From the NCBI RefSeq assembly GCF_006345805.1, contig NC_043011.1, positions 33,926,464 to 33,990,463 on the forward strand: a stretch of 64,000 bases of DNA, given 5' to 3'. This stretch comes from Octopus sinensis (taxonomy: Eukaryota). Under the pieces are notes generated by a model that made no database searches, was not told the origin of the DNA, and worked only from the letters and a program-made list of their open reading frames with translations. This document shows, in pieces, positions 40,741 through 52,490 of the stretch. Every line of letters begins with the position of its first letter. The first letter of the stretch is position 1. A program made the translations under genes and the position numbers.

Positions 40741-43700
40741 GTTCATATGATTACAATGAAATCAGATATTTTACTCAATATTAGATTTTTTTGTTGTTTT
40801 AAAAAAATTGGAGAAAATTAAATTAATATATGCAGTCTACATTTCATGTACTTCAAAAGCAAACTTTTAGCACAGTTAACTCCCACCATGTGTGTGTGTG
40901 TGTGTGTGTGTACATGTGTGTGCATGCACACATGAGTAGCAGTACAAGACTCAGGGATAGGAAAGTAATAGTAGTAGTAGTAGTAATAGAAGTAGCTAGG
41001 ATGGGTTAAAATATTTAAGCTGTAGTTGAAAAACTTAACTTAAAGAGATTGGTATTTATCAAAACACAAATCGGTACCACAGAAAATATAAGTCTATACA
41101 TGTGTGTGTGTATGTACATATACACACACACATGTGTAGGCTTTTAAAGCTATAAATAATACCATGTAAATATTGGATTAAACAAGTTCCACTTTTCCTT
41201 TAACTTTTTCCATGCAAGTGTCTTTCAACCCAATATTTTGCATGCTATTATTTGCAGCTTTATATACTTGAGTATTACCTTGAAAAATGCTTGATTTTAT
41301 GTCTCTCAAAGATTCTAAATTTTATATACATAACATATATGCATATATATAGTTCAACATTTAGAGGAGCCATAGATACAAATATATACAAAACATTCAA
41401 CGCTGTGATAGATAAAGTGGTTTCTTTGTGTTTCCAAAGACATCCAACAACAACAACAACATGTAAAATGTCTGGCAAGGCAATCCAGAGTGAGCTTTAC
41501 AGCTGCAGTGGAACTGGAACTGAAAGACTTGAGGGTAAAGTTGTCATGCTTTAAGAAACTGAAAACAAGATATAAGAGACACAGGCAGAGTGGCATCCAT
41601 TTTAAAACATACATCAGATATACAAATAGCTAGCTCAGTAAACACACCGATAGCCACAATACCTTTTTAAGGATGCCTTGTCAAAAAGAAAACTGTAAGA
41701 AAAAGAAGTTTTAAAGTGCTCAAAATTATCTTGATGTTAGTGAAGTAAAAAGGAACAACAAAGAAGAAGAAAAAGTTGAAGAAGTCAAGGAGGAGAAGAA
41801 GGAAATCAATGAGAAAGAAAATGGAAATGTAATCTGAGACAGCAAAAATACTAACTACAACAAAACTGAAATAAAAGTAAAGTAAGGCTTATACACTAAT
41901 ATACATTGATGAAATAAGGCATGTGAAACTGTGTTAGATATTCAGGAAGGAACTTTGATTTCTTTGACTTGAAACAAACTTCTCTAAATACTTTCATCAG
42001 CTAACATAATTATCTTGTCTTTTAGCCCTTTAGGCATTTAAACTTGCCATATCAGGTTCAAATCAGATCTAGTCTCTTGCACCTAGCCTACAATGTCCTT
42101 CTAAAAATAAACAATCATATCATCGAAATGTTGAAGCTGTGACATAATGCACAATTGATTAAAAATGATGTGAATTAAATAGCATTACATTTGATAGAGT
42201 AATGTGAATGCTAAAGAGTTAATGACTTCATATTTTGGCTCAAGGCTAGCAATTTGAAGTGGGGGGCATTGCCAATTACATTGCTCCAGTACTTGACTGA
42301 TACTTTAGTAATATCAATCCCTGAAAGAATGAAAAGTAAAATTGACCTTGGCAGGATTTGAGCTCATTCCTCTTTTGATAAGTGAAGTAAGTGTATTTAT
42401 ATGCACCCTCCAAGTTGTAGACTAAAGTTTTGCACCTGTGTAGCTGTAATTTTGCATGGGGAAACACATTTCCTTCAAGAAGAAGGTTATAACTTTCAGG
42501 TTCTACATTTGTTTATTTACTGATTCATTTATTTTCATATTTGTGAATAAGCAAAAACAGCTGGTTTCAATGCTAAAGGATTTTAAAAGTTAATACAATG
42601 AAAATTTTAAATAATCAAAATATTTGAGGTCTTTGTTTTGTGAATTGATAGAGTGATAAAGGTCCTTTCTGAGTCATATAGACTCATAGGGCTGGTTAGG
42701 GCCAGTTTCCCAGGAACATATATTCCCTACCTCGACAGGATCCTGGTCTGTCACCAGATTACTCATTTTGGCCAGTTGAGCGGACTAGAGAAACATGAAG
42801 TGAAATGTTTAGTTCATGAATATAATGTGTCACCCAGTCCAGGAATCGAAACCATAATCTTATGATCATGAGTCCAACACCCTAACCACTAAGCCATGCC
42901 TCTCCACAATCAAACATTATCCGAGCATAAAAAGAGGAACACATAAGGGGCAATTAAGACATATTAATGCAGGATGCTGCACTATGAAATAAACCATGAA
43001 TTATAAAGCATCACAACATGCAGAGTATCAAAAGGAAACAAAAATTCAGATTGTTTTATTTTCAACCAGTGGCTCTCATCTGTGGGTCATGACTTCATTT
43101 TGCAGTTAAGTGAACATTGATTGTAAGGTTTAGTAATTCTTTCATAAAAGTCAACAGGGCCAACAATAAGCCCATCATTTTTGTGTTAGACAGAAAAAAG
43201 GGGATGGCTGCTTTAAGAATCATCATAATCATCATCATTTAACATCCATTAAATGGGTTGGATGGTTTCACCAGAGCTGGCAAGCTGGGGAGCTGTACCA
43301 GGCTCAAGTCTGATTTGGCATGGTTTCTATAGTTGGATGCCCTTTCTAACATCATCTGTGCTGGGTGCTTTTAACTTTTACTTGTTTCAGTCATTAGACT
43401 GTGGCCATGCTGATGCACTGCCTTGAAGAATTTGTCTAGTTGAATGAATTGATCCTAGTATTTATACTATGTTTTCTTTAAAGGCTGACACTTATTCTAT
43501 TGACATCTTCTGTTGAACCACTAAGTTACAGGGACATAAACACACCAACACTGGTTGTCAAACAGTCGTAGGAGACACAAAGAGACACATACACATATAC
43601 AATGGGCTTCTTTCAGTTTCCATCTGCAAATCCACTCACAAGGATTTGATTAGCCCAAGGCTACAGAAGAAGACACTTGCCCAAGGTGCGATAAGTGGGA

Positions 43701-44203
43701 CTGAACACAGAACTTAGTGATTGGGAAGCAAGCCTCTTACCACACAGCCATACTTGGGATTCAAAATTTTCTAAACAACTCTAAATTAATCAAACCTACT
43801 TTCATTGTATCTTATGAAAATGACCATTGTCTCTCTTTCTCTCTCTCTCTCTCTCGTAAAAGGACTAGTAGCCTTCTTCTGCAAAGGGTGAATGGTTACA
43901 TAAAAATCCTTAGTCTAATATCTGGTCATCATTTTATTTTCTATTGATTTTCAGAAAAGAATAATGCTAATGGTTGCCAACAGTTACCAGAAATAAACAA
44001 TTCAGAATCATCAAAGAGAAACAGTCAAGAGATCGTTAGGTAAAAATCACTGCAGTCATCAAAAGGAGAATCATTAGGGAGAAGCAAATGCAAGCCACTG
44101 ATCTAGAACAAAATGCTGTCAGTTGCCAAATGCAAAACTAACAAACATAAGATTTTGAAGAAAAACTTGCAATAAAACAAAAGGAAAATAGAGAAATAAA
44201 TAC

Positions 44204-44262
44204 CTGGGCTTTGGAACACTGGTGCCAATTAATTTCACATATGACTTAGGAAACCATCCCTC
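44204..44262 (-). CDS. ITSN1: Intersectin SH3B end (EGWFPKSYVKLIGTSVPKP)
   Basis: Acceptor tttgttacag and donor gtattt. Contains GWFPKSYVKLI; phase 0 to 2. Confidence 0.95.
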
Positions 44263-45185
44263 CTGTAACAAAAAAAAACATTCCATATCTATTACAGAGA
44301 CCAAACACCAGAGGTATTTGAAAGAGAGAGGGAGAATGTAAAGGAATGACATTTCTTTTTTTACAAGAGAAATATTAGTAAAAAAAAATGGAATATTAAA
44401 AAAAAAATTAAAAAGAAAACTAAAAATGCTCCCTCCGTTCAGAGACCTTACATCTATTACATATCTATTTGTCACATTGTCACATCTATTACAGTATGAT
44501 TTAAAACTGAAAGAATCTTACAGCAAGGTAAATATTATTATGTATGTGAGTATAAAAATTTCCGTCAAAATGCATGCTGGGATAGTTATCCCCGTCCCTC
44601 TATCATATGCCAACCACTCAACTGGCACACAGCCACTTCTCTCAGTTCTATGCCCTCTCTCAGCTGAGAGGTCCTTGTCTTTCAAGCTACTTGGCAACCC
44701 CACAGAAGCTAGTGCCACATAAAAAACACCCATGCTGTCACCACATGAAAAGCACCCATGTTGACACCACATGAAAAACACCATGTAAAAAGCAACCATG
44801 CTGGTGCCATGTGAAAAAGCAATCGGTACACTCTGTAAAGTGGCTGGCATTAGGAAGGGCATCCAACTGTCAAAACCATGCAAAAACAGACAATTAGAGC
44901 CTGGGAGGCTCTCCAGCTTGCCATCTCATCAAACTGTCCAACCCACGCCAGCAGGGAAAACAGACATTAAATGATGATGATAATGATGATGATGATGATG
45001 ATGCAAGCACTGCTGTATGGCTATGAAGCTCACTTTATTGATGTTGCATGGAAATATGGAAAAGGGCCATTTATTACAGCCTGAGGTTGACCAATGAGTC
45101 TCATCAGCAGAAACTGCACAGAAGCTCATCATATATATATATATATGCATAGATTGTATATAAATGTAGTTGTGTATATTGTACA

Positions 45186-45224
<39 letters not shown>

Positions 45225-45561
45225 CAGAGATATTGTACCTTCCCATTTGAGTTTTGACCTTGTTTAAATATGCTGCAAAATGTACAGCCATTGAGCTGTT
45301 TGGTATTCAGAGGACCAAGAGAAGAAGTACCTGACATGGAAACATGTGAGGATTAGTAACAGGAAAGGCATCAAACCTGCAAGCACATGACTGCAAATCA
45401 ACCTTCCTAATTACATAGCAATATCTGTGTCCATCTGCTGCATGCTATTTCTTTTAATAACAGCAACTTAAAGTCCGAGAAATTTATCCAACCCTAACTA
45501 AAAAAAAAATAGTAAATAACCCAAAGAAATGAGAGCAGAAATGACAAACTCAAAACCAAAC

Positions 45562-45708
45562 CTTATCATTGAGTTCTCCAGACCACCACATATCTTGTTG
45601 TTCTTTCACAATTATGGTGTCACCTTTGTTGAAAGTGAGGTGGTTCTCTTTCTTAGCCTTCCATGGATACAGGGCAACAGCTTGTAGTCCCTCTGGAGCT
45701 GCCATACC
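45562..45708 (-). CDS. ITSN1: Intersectin SH3B, main exon ([49 protein letters not shown])
   Basis: Acceptor tcaacag and donor gtttgg. EGLQA.ALYPW.AKK.NHL.FNK...QQDMWW.GE is diagnostic of intersectin SH3B. Confidence 0.96.
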
Positions 45709-46456
45709 CTGTTGAAGACCAAAGTCAATGAAACTCAAAGTGAAGAGATGAATGATTTCACAGACACATATGTCTGCGTATCATATGTTTTGCTCTTTAA
45801 CAAATGTATTTTGGCAACTTAAACACAGACATGTTAAAATTCCTCTGAATTAAAGATAATGACATTGGAATTACAAGATCAGAAGTTACGCAGTTTATAT
45901 GTATATTATCATCATCATTTTAGCGCCTAATTTTCCATGCTTGTACAAGTCAGACAGAATGTTTTGAAACAGATTTCCTAATCTTAGATGCCCTTCCTGT
46001 CACCAACCCTTGCCTGTTTTTTGAATAAGAGGTATGTTTCTCCTTTCAGTGGTCTTCAAAGGAAGCACAATGTGACTGGACATATTGTCAACAGGGTAAG
46101 TAAGCATCACATCAACGTCTCACTCGGTGAGGGCAAGAAAATCCATGCAATGTTAATATTTGTGTGCAGACACACATAACACAAACACACGCGCACACAA
46201 AATTATAATAACACTAATGATGTAAAAAGATCAGCCAAGTGAGTGTGGTAAAACAAGTTTGTTAGTGTTTAGTATAAACATGACTTGTATAAAGAACACA
46301 GATGACTTGATAATTGATCAATAAATTTGAACCATATCGAGATTACACAGAAATTTCCGATGACACATACTATACAACTCCGTTTCAAAAGCAACCAAGG
46401 CTGCATACAAAGCAATAATCAAATCGCAGTAGAACTGGGATGGATGAGATTGTTGA

Positions 46457-46539
46457 GTACTACAAGTGTTTCAAAAATCACATCAAGTGTATAACATTAC
46501 AAATGCCATTGTAACTATCCAGTGCATTTCTTCAGGTAC
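46457..46539 (-). ncRNA. Type I hammerhead motif with long, partly decayed stem II
   Basis: GTAC-CTGAAGA-[56 nt including hairpin GTTACAA/TTGTAAT]-GAAA-C(ACTT)G-TA-GTAC. Confidence 0.5.
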
Positions 46540-46594
46540 ATGTTACCTTCCTTGTTGAATAAAATTTTTTAATACACACATACTCATTTACTCA

Positions 46595-46815
46595 TTTACT
46601 CATTTACTTGTTTCAGTCATTTGACTGCGGCCATGCTGGTGCACCGCCTTTAGTCGAGCAACTCGACCCCGGGACTTATTCTTTTGCAAGCCCAGTACTT
46701 ATTCTATGGGTCTCTTTTGCCGAACTGCTAAGTAACGGGGACATAAACACGCCAGCATCGGTTGTCAAGCAATGCTAGGGGGACAAACACTGACACACAA
46801 ACATATACACACACA

Positions 46816-46881
<66 letters not shown>

Positions 46882-47050
46882 CATATATACGACAGGCTTC
46901 TTTCAGTTTCCGTCTACCAAATCCACTCACAAGGCTTTGGTCGGCACGAGTCTATAGTAGAAGACACTTGCCCAAGGTGCCACACAGTGGGACGAAACCC
47001 GGAACCATGTGGTTGGTAAGCAAGCTACTTACCACACAGCCACTCCTGCG
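46595..47050 (-). mobile_element. SINE family A copy (other minus copies about 39600-39770, 43375-43755, 48222-48595, 50000-50170, 51822-52362, 62425-62700; partial 5550-5770)
   Basis: Same head, core and tail blocks in reverse complement. Confidence 0.8.
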
Positions 47051-47299
47051 ATACTATAAATATATATGTATGTATACATTTTCCAAAGGTCAAAGCTGTG
47101 TCTGTCACTTAGAATAAAGAACTCAAGGATAAGCCTGAGGGTGAATGCATATTTAATCCTGAATTGTTAGTAGTTCAACAAAATCTGTTTTATTGAGTTA
47201 ATGATTATGAATTAAATGTTTAGATAAACACACACTCACACATACACACGTCCTAAGGTGGAATGAGCTTCCATATACTTTCTTATTTCTTTACTGCCC

Positions 47300-47512
47300 A
47301 CAAGGGGCTACACACAGAGGAGACAAACAAGGACAGACAAATGGATTAAGTCAATTATATCGACCCTAGTGTGTAACTGGTACTTATTTAATCGACCCCG
47401 AAAGGATGAAAGGCAAAGTCGACCTCGCCGGAATTTGAATTCAGAACGTAAAGACAGACGAAATACCGCTAAGCATTTAATCCGGCCTACTAACGTTTTT
47501 GCCAGTTCGCCA
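47300..47512 (-). mobile_element. tRNA-derived SINE family B (copies about 2830-3010, 15890-16050, 17940-18160, 38085-38290, 38325-38540, 38930-39110, 49070-49280, 49330-49540, 61170-61380)
   Basis: Head gcgagctggcagaa...gttcaaattc and central block gtcgactttgcctttcatcctttcggggtcgat..agtaccag recur throughout the window. Confidence 0.8.
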
Positions 47513-47669
47513 CTTCCATATAGTTTCTGTCTACAAATTCTCTTCACAAGGCATTGGTCAGCCCAAGATCATAGCATTAGACACTTTCTCCAAGGTTGCC
47601 ATGCAATGGGACAGAACTTCAAACCACAACGCAAACTTCTAAACCATACAGCCAAGCCTGTACCTCTCC

Positions 47670-47703
<34 letters not shown>

Positions 47704-48015
47704 CGACAAAAATTTCTAACATTGCCAAAAGACCAAACATAAAATTGCAACATAAAAATATAGTTGGTTGATCCACCCAGTATGTCACTGGGTACTTCAA
47801 TGACCCTGAAATATTGAAGAATTTCAACACACAGTGTAAAATGCTGTAACTGTGTACTTCTATAAAGCACTTTTTTGTCTGGTTTTCTAGTTTCTGCCAT
47901 CGGCCCAGATGATGATGATGATGATGGTAGTGGTGGTGGTGGTGGTGATGATGATGATGATGGGGAGGAGGAAAATCAAATATAATAACAGCAGCATTTG
48001 AAATAGCTTACATAC

Positions 48016-48112
48016 CTGGCCAGGAGTAGGTGAGCTGTTAACTGCTCGTGATTGTACTGCAGTAAATGAAGAATCCTCTGATGCCAAAATGGTAGTAGCT
48101 GGTTGCTGTCCA
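48016..48112 (-). CDS. ITSN1: Intersectin SH3A-SH3B linker exon (NGQQPATTILASEDSSFTAVQSRAVNSSPTPGQ)
   Basis: Acceptor ctttccag and donor gtatgt; phase 2 to 0. The end SSPTPGQ resembles the vertebrate ITSN1 SSPSPVLGQ before SH3B (recalled sequence). Confidence 0.88.
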
Positions 48113-48628
48113 CTGGAAAGATTAGAAACAAAATATACATATTATCATCATATGATCATTTAACGCCCATTTTTCATGCTGGCATGGATTGAACTTTATA
48201 TATATATATATATATATTCTTTTATTCTTTTACTTGTTTCAGTCATTTGACTGCAGCCATGCAGGAGCATCACCTTTAGTTGAACAAATCAACCTCAGGA
48301 CTTATTCTTTGTAAGCCTAGTACATATTCTATCAGTCTCTTTTGCCAAACTGCTAAGTTACAGGGATGTAAATACACCAACATCGACTGTCAAGCAATAG
48401 TTAGGGAACAAACACAGACACACACACACATATAGACGATGGGTTTCTTTTAGTTTCCGTCTACCAAATCCACTCACAAGGCTTTGGTCAATCCAAGGCT
48501 ATAGTAGAAGACACTTGCCCAAGGTATCATGCAGCGGGACTGAACACAGAATTGTGGTTCAGAAGCAAGCTTCTTACCACACAGCCATGCCTGCACCTAT
48601 ATGTACATATATATATATATATATGTAC

Positions 48629-48659
<31 letters not shown>

Positions 48660-49587
48660 ATGCTGAAAAGTTCCTGGCTTTGGGCAAAAGAAAGTACAGG
48701 AGGATCAATTAATTATGATTTTATGCAACACATTCCTCTCTCAGATTCCCACACTTATTGCAGCAGTCCTTCAGCTTTTCTAAGCCCTGTTAAAGAACTC
48801 GGAAGGTTGGGCCTCCAACCAGGCTTTTCACAGCACCCTTAAAGTAAGGAACTTTGCAGCACCTCCTAGTGTGTGTGTGTAAACCTTAGTTGGGATGTAT
48901 ATTTTATATTCAAGTATTATGCTCCATAACATTTTACGCACGCGCATGTGTGTGCATAAAGGAATATGTGCTTTGAATAGAAAAAGACTGTCTTCTGGTG
49001 GCAATAGCCCTGTTGCTGTTGTATGACAATTTCACTTATTATTATTATTATCATCATATATATATATATAAAGCAGCAAGCTGGCAGAACCGTTAGCATG
49101 CCAGGTGAAATGCTTAACAGTATTTCATCTGCTGCTACATTCTGAGCTCAAATTCTGAGCTCAAAGTTGCCTTTCATTCTTTCAGGGTCGATGAAATGAG
49201 TACCAGTTATGCACTGGGGTCGATGTAATTGGCTGCCCCCCTTCCCCCAGAAATTTTCAAGGCCTTGTACCTAGAGGAGAAATAATAATAATAATAATAA
49301 TAATAATGATTATTACTATTATTATACAAGGCAGCCAGCTGGCAGAACTGTTAGCATGGCAGGCAAAATGCTTAGTGGTATTTCATATGCTGCTACATTC
49401 TGAGTTCAAATTCTGCCAAGGTCGACTTTGCCTTTCATCCTTTTGGGTTTTATTAAATAAGAACCAGTTACACATTGGGGTTGGTGTAAGTGACTTAATC
49501 CCCTCCCCCAAGTTGCTCTTGTGGCAAAAATTTCAAATCATTATATATTTTTAAAGAAATTATTTCCAAAACAGAAACAATAATCAC

Positions 49588-49715
49588 TTTGCAAAATTAG
49601 CGGTGTCTTCAATATCACCGATGTACTCCATATAGTCTTTGGGAATCCAGCCGCTTCGCCCATCAAGTTCTCCACTGACCCAACCAGGAACAGTTTCATC
49701 TTCAGCTGATGCCAC
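49588..49715 (-). CDS. ITSN1: Intersectin SH3A, second half (VASAEDETVPGWVSGELDGRSGWIPKDYMEYIGDIEDTANFA)
   Basis: Acceptor ttttaacag and donor gtgatt. It carries the SH3 PGW..GEL.G..GW.P..Y motif; phase 0 to 2. The frame is absent from the ORF track and was read manually. Confidence 0.9.
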
Positions 49716-51278
49716 CTGTTAAAAAAAAAGAAAATAAGAAATTCAAATGAATAAACAAATATTATCAATTAAAACTTTTATGGCACTTGGAGAGACAAGG
49801 AAACATCTATGAGAATTACGACTCAACGGAAATACAATACTGCGAAACAACTGTGACCACACACATACAAAAAACCACTTTACATCTTTTACTTGCTTCA
49901 AACATTGAACTGTGGTCATGCTGGAGTACCACTCTGGAGTTAATTAATTGAACGAATCAAAGTTGTGAAGTGGTGATGGTGGGACAGACCTACACATAAT
50001 GTAAACAGTGGGCTTCAACACAGTTTCTATCTACCAAATTCAGTGACAAGACATTGATCGGCCTGAGGTTATAGTAAAAGGAACTTGCTCAGGGTACTGC
50101 ACAGTGGGACTGAACCCAAAACCATGTGGTGGTAAAGCAAGCTTCTTAACCATGCAGCTATGCCTGCACCTATCAAGAGTTTTGGCAGCATTTCTGCTTT
50201 TTTACAACATGTTTGTATAACTACTGTCAGGTAACTGGTAACTAGGTCTTTGGTATCCCCTGAAAGACAAAACATGAGAAACTCCTTTTTAGGCCTTGTT
50301 TCCTAAATAGTAGCTTGTATTTAATAGGAATAAAACTAATTTTCATTTGCCAGAAAATGAAAGAGTCATTGCAAATGAGATGTATGAAATGTCCTATTGA
50401 TAAACCAATGAATGAACCTCTATGCAGTCAGTTGACTTGTTAGAAAGAGCAACTAAATCACCTAGTGTCTTAGAACTAAACACATTAGGTAACATGTTTC
50501 TGTATGTGCTGTGACTAAGAGATACAGCAATGTCATGGTTGGAAATACTTTGATCATAGGTTTAGCCTCCTTATGGCTGACCTGAGACTAAACAACTTCT
50601 TTACAGCACGTTAAGACAGACTAATTATTTATGTATGGCACGTACAAGCTGGAGCAGTTAATTTAGCAATATAAGAATATGTTGTGACATATATTTAGTT
50701 ACACTCATAAGAGCTTGGTGGAGAAAATTAAAAACCATTTACTTTTACTGAAAACTTGCTAAATAAAACCTGCAATGAGCCAAATAGGGAATCTCAATGC
50801 ACTTACTAAATTTGAAATAGTAGCCAAATCTCCCTCACGTAACACTCCTACCATTTTAGAAAAGGGAAAGACATCTTCAACAATGTAGTGCAGGGATCAA
50901 TTTGTTTGATTAAGCCAAGTATGGCCACAGTCCAATGACTGGGACAAGTAAAAGATAAATGATAAACAAAGCAGTGATGAAGTCATTTCAAAGGAATATA
51001 CTCTACTCCATGTACTGAGTACTTAAGAACTAGAAATGTTGACAACATTGAGAACTTAGAAAGAATTACAATGAAGAAACAAAACACTTAAGACTTAAAT
51101 TATTTTTTTAAAAGTTCAATGCAAATATTTGGTTGTTTGGTTGAAAAACTTGCTTCACTTCTGTGGGTCTGAGACCTTGCCAAGTGATGCTTTGGGAAAG
51201 TGTCTCCTACAATAGCCTTGAGAGAAAAATTTGGTAATGGGGAATTATATGGGAGCTTGTTGAATCTTCATGTATGTG

Positions 51279-51311
<33 letters not shown>

Positions 51312-52126
51312 GCATAAGCATTCTCAGGAACTAGATGAAAATTTCTTGATAACATGAAGTTTCCTTCCAAACCACATGGTTCCAAGTCCAGTCCCACTGT
51401 GTGGCACCTTGGGCAAGTGTCTTCTGCTATAGCCTTGGGTTGACCAAAGCCTTGCGAGCAGATCTGGAAGACAAAAACTAATAAGCCTGTCACATGCAAG
51501 TGTGTGTGTGTGTGTGTGTGTGCATGTGTATATTTGTATCTGTGTTTGTCCTCCACCATCACTTGACAACCAGTGTTGGTTATTTACATCCCCATACGTT
51601 AGTGGTTTGGTAAAAGAGACCAACTGGAATAAGTACCAGGCTTTAAAAAAATAAGTAGTGGTGTCAATCCATTCAACTAAAATTCCTTAGGGCAGTGCTC
51701 CAGCATGGCTGCAGTCTAATCACAAACAAGTAAATGATTAAAGATTCTACTTTATTTTACTTAACTTTTTTTCATTCGATTTCATTGGGAAATTTGAAGA
51801 CTTCTTGTATTCTTTTATTCTTTTACTTTTTTCAGTCATTTTTACAGCAGCCATGCTGGGGCACTACCATTAGTCAAACAAATCGACTCCAGGATTTATT
51901 CTTTACAAGCCTAGTACTTACTCTATTGGCCTCTTTTGCCAAACCACTAAGTTAGAGGTAACGTAAATACACCAACATCAATTGTCAAGCGATGGTGGGG
52001 GTACAAACACAGATAGACAAATATATATATATATATATATGTAGGTCCCGGGTTGATTCGGGGTTAACCACAGTAAATAAGGTACTCAATACATAGCAGA
52101 GTAAAATTAATTTATTATATAGAAGG

Positions 52127-52177
52127 AGCTTCTACGGGACTAGAACTGTTTCATTCAAGAGAAATCTTCAGGAAGCT
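52127..52177 (-). ncRNA. Type I hammerhead motif (left arm of palindrome)
   Basis: Mirror copy of 52174..52224 with one A.C mismatch in stem III (CAG/CCG). Confidence 0.65.
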
Positions 52178-52224
52178 TCCTGAAGATTTCTCTTGAATGA
52201 AACAGTTCTAGTCCTGTAGAAGCT
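52174..52224 (+). ncRNA. Type I hammerhead motif (right arm of palindrome)
   Basis: AGCTTC-CTGAAGA-T.TTC(TCTT)GAA.T-GAAA-CAG(TTCTAGTC)CTG-TA-GAAGCT. Stem I is 6 bp and stem III is 3 bp. Confidence 0.75.
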
Positions 52225-52235
52225 CCCTCTATATA

Positions 52236-52282
<47 letters not shown>

Positions 52283-52407
52283 GCTTCTTTCAGTTTTTGC
52301 CTACCAAATCCACTGACATGGCTTTGATTGACCTAAGGCTATAGTAGAAGACACTTGCCCAAATAAAAGAAAGTTTTTTTTTTTATATCAGAGTAATGAT
52401 AACTTAC

Positions 52408-52490
52408 TATGATGACATCTCCAGGCATCAAAGACAATTCATCATGGTTTCTGGCCTCAAACTGATAAAGGGCTCTGTACTGCTTTTTAA
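52408..52490 (-). CDS. ITSN1: Intersectin SH3A, first half (VKKQYRALYQFEARNHDELSLMPGDVII)
   Basis: Acceptor tttttatag and donor gtaagt. It carries the SH3 ALYxF/DELS signature; phase 1 to 0. Confidence 0.93.

Larger units (their letters stand above)
52110..52241. mobile_element. Palindromic foldback element, probable Penelope-like pLTR inverted pair, nested in a SINE
   Basis: 66-bp arms centred on ggaag|cttcc with 2 mismatches. It sits in the (TA)n tract inside a SINE copy. Confidence 0.7.

Noticed and set aside
45075-45115. CTGATGA-GAC(TCATTG)GTC on the minus strand as a hammerhead
   Set aside because: GAAA and the stem III/NUH elements are missing. It is at best a heavily decayed relic.
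50221-50260. Acceptor-like ttgtctttcag in the SH3A intron as a VKGEW-type microexon
   Set aside because: The phase-0 reading gives GIPKT then a stop, and there is no nearby GT donor giving an in-frame exon.
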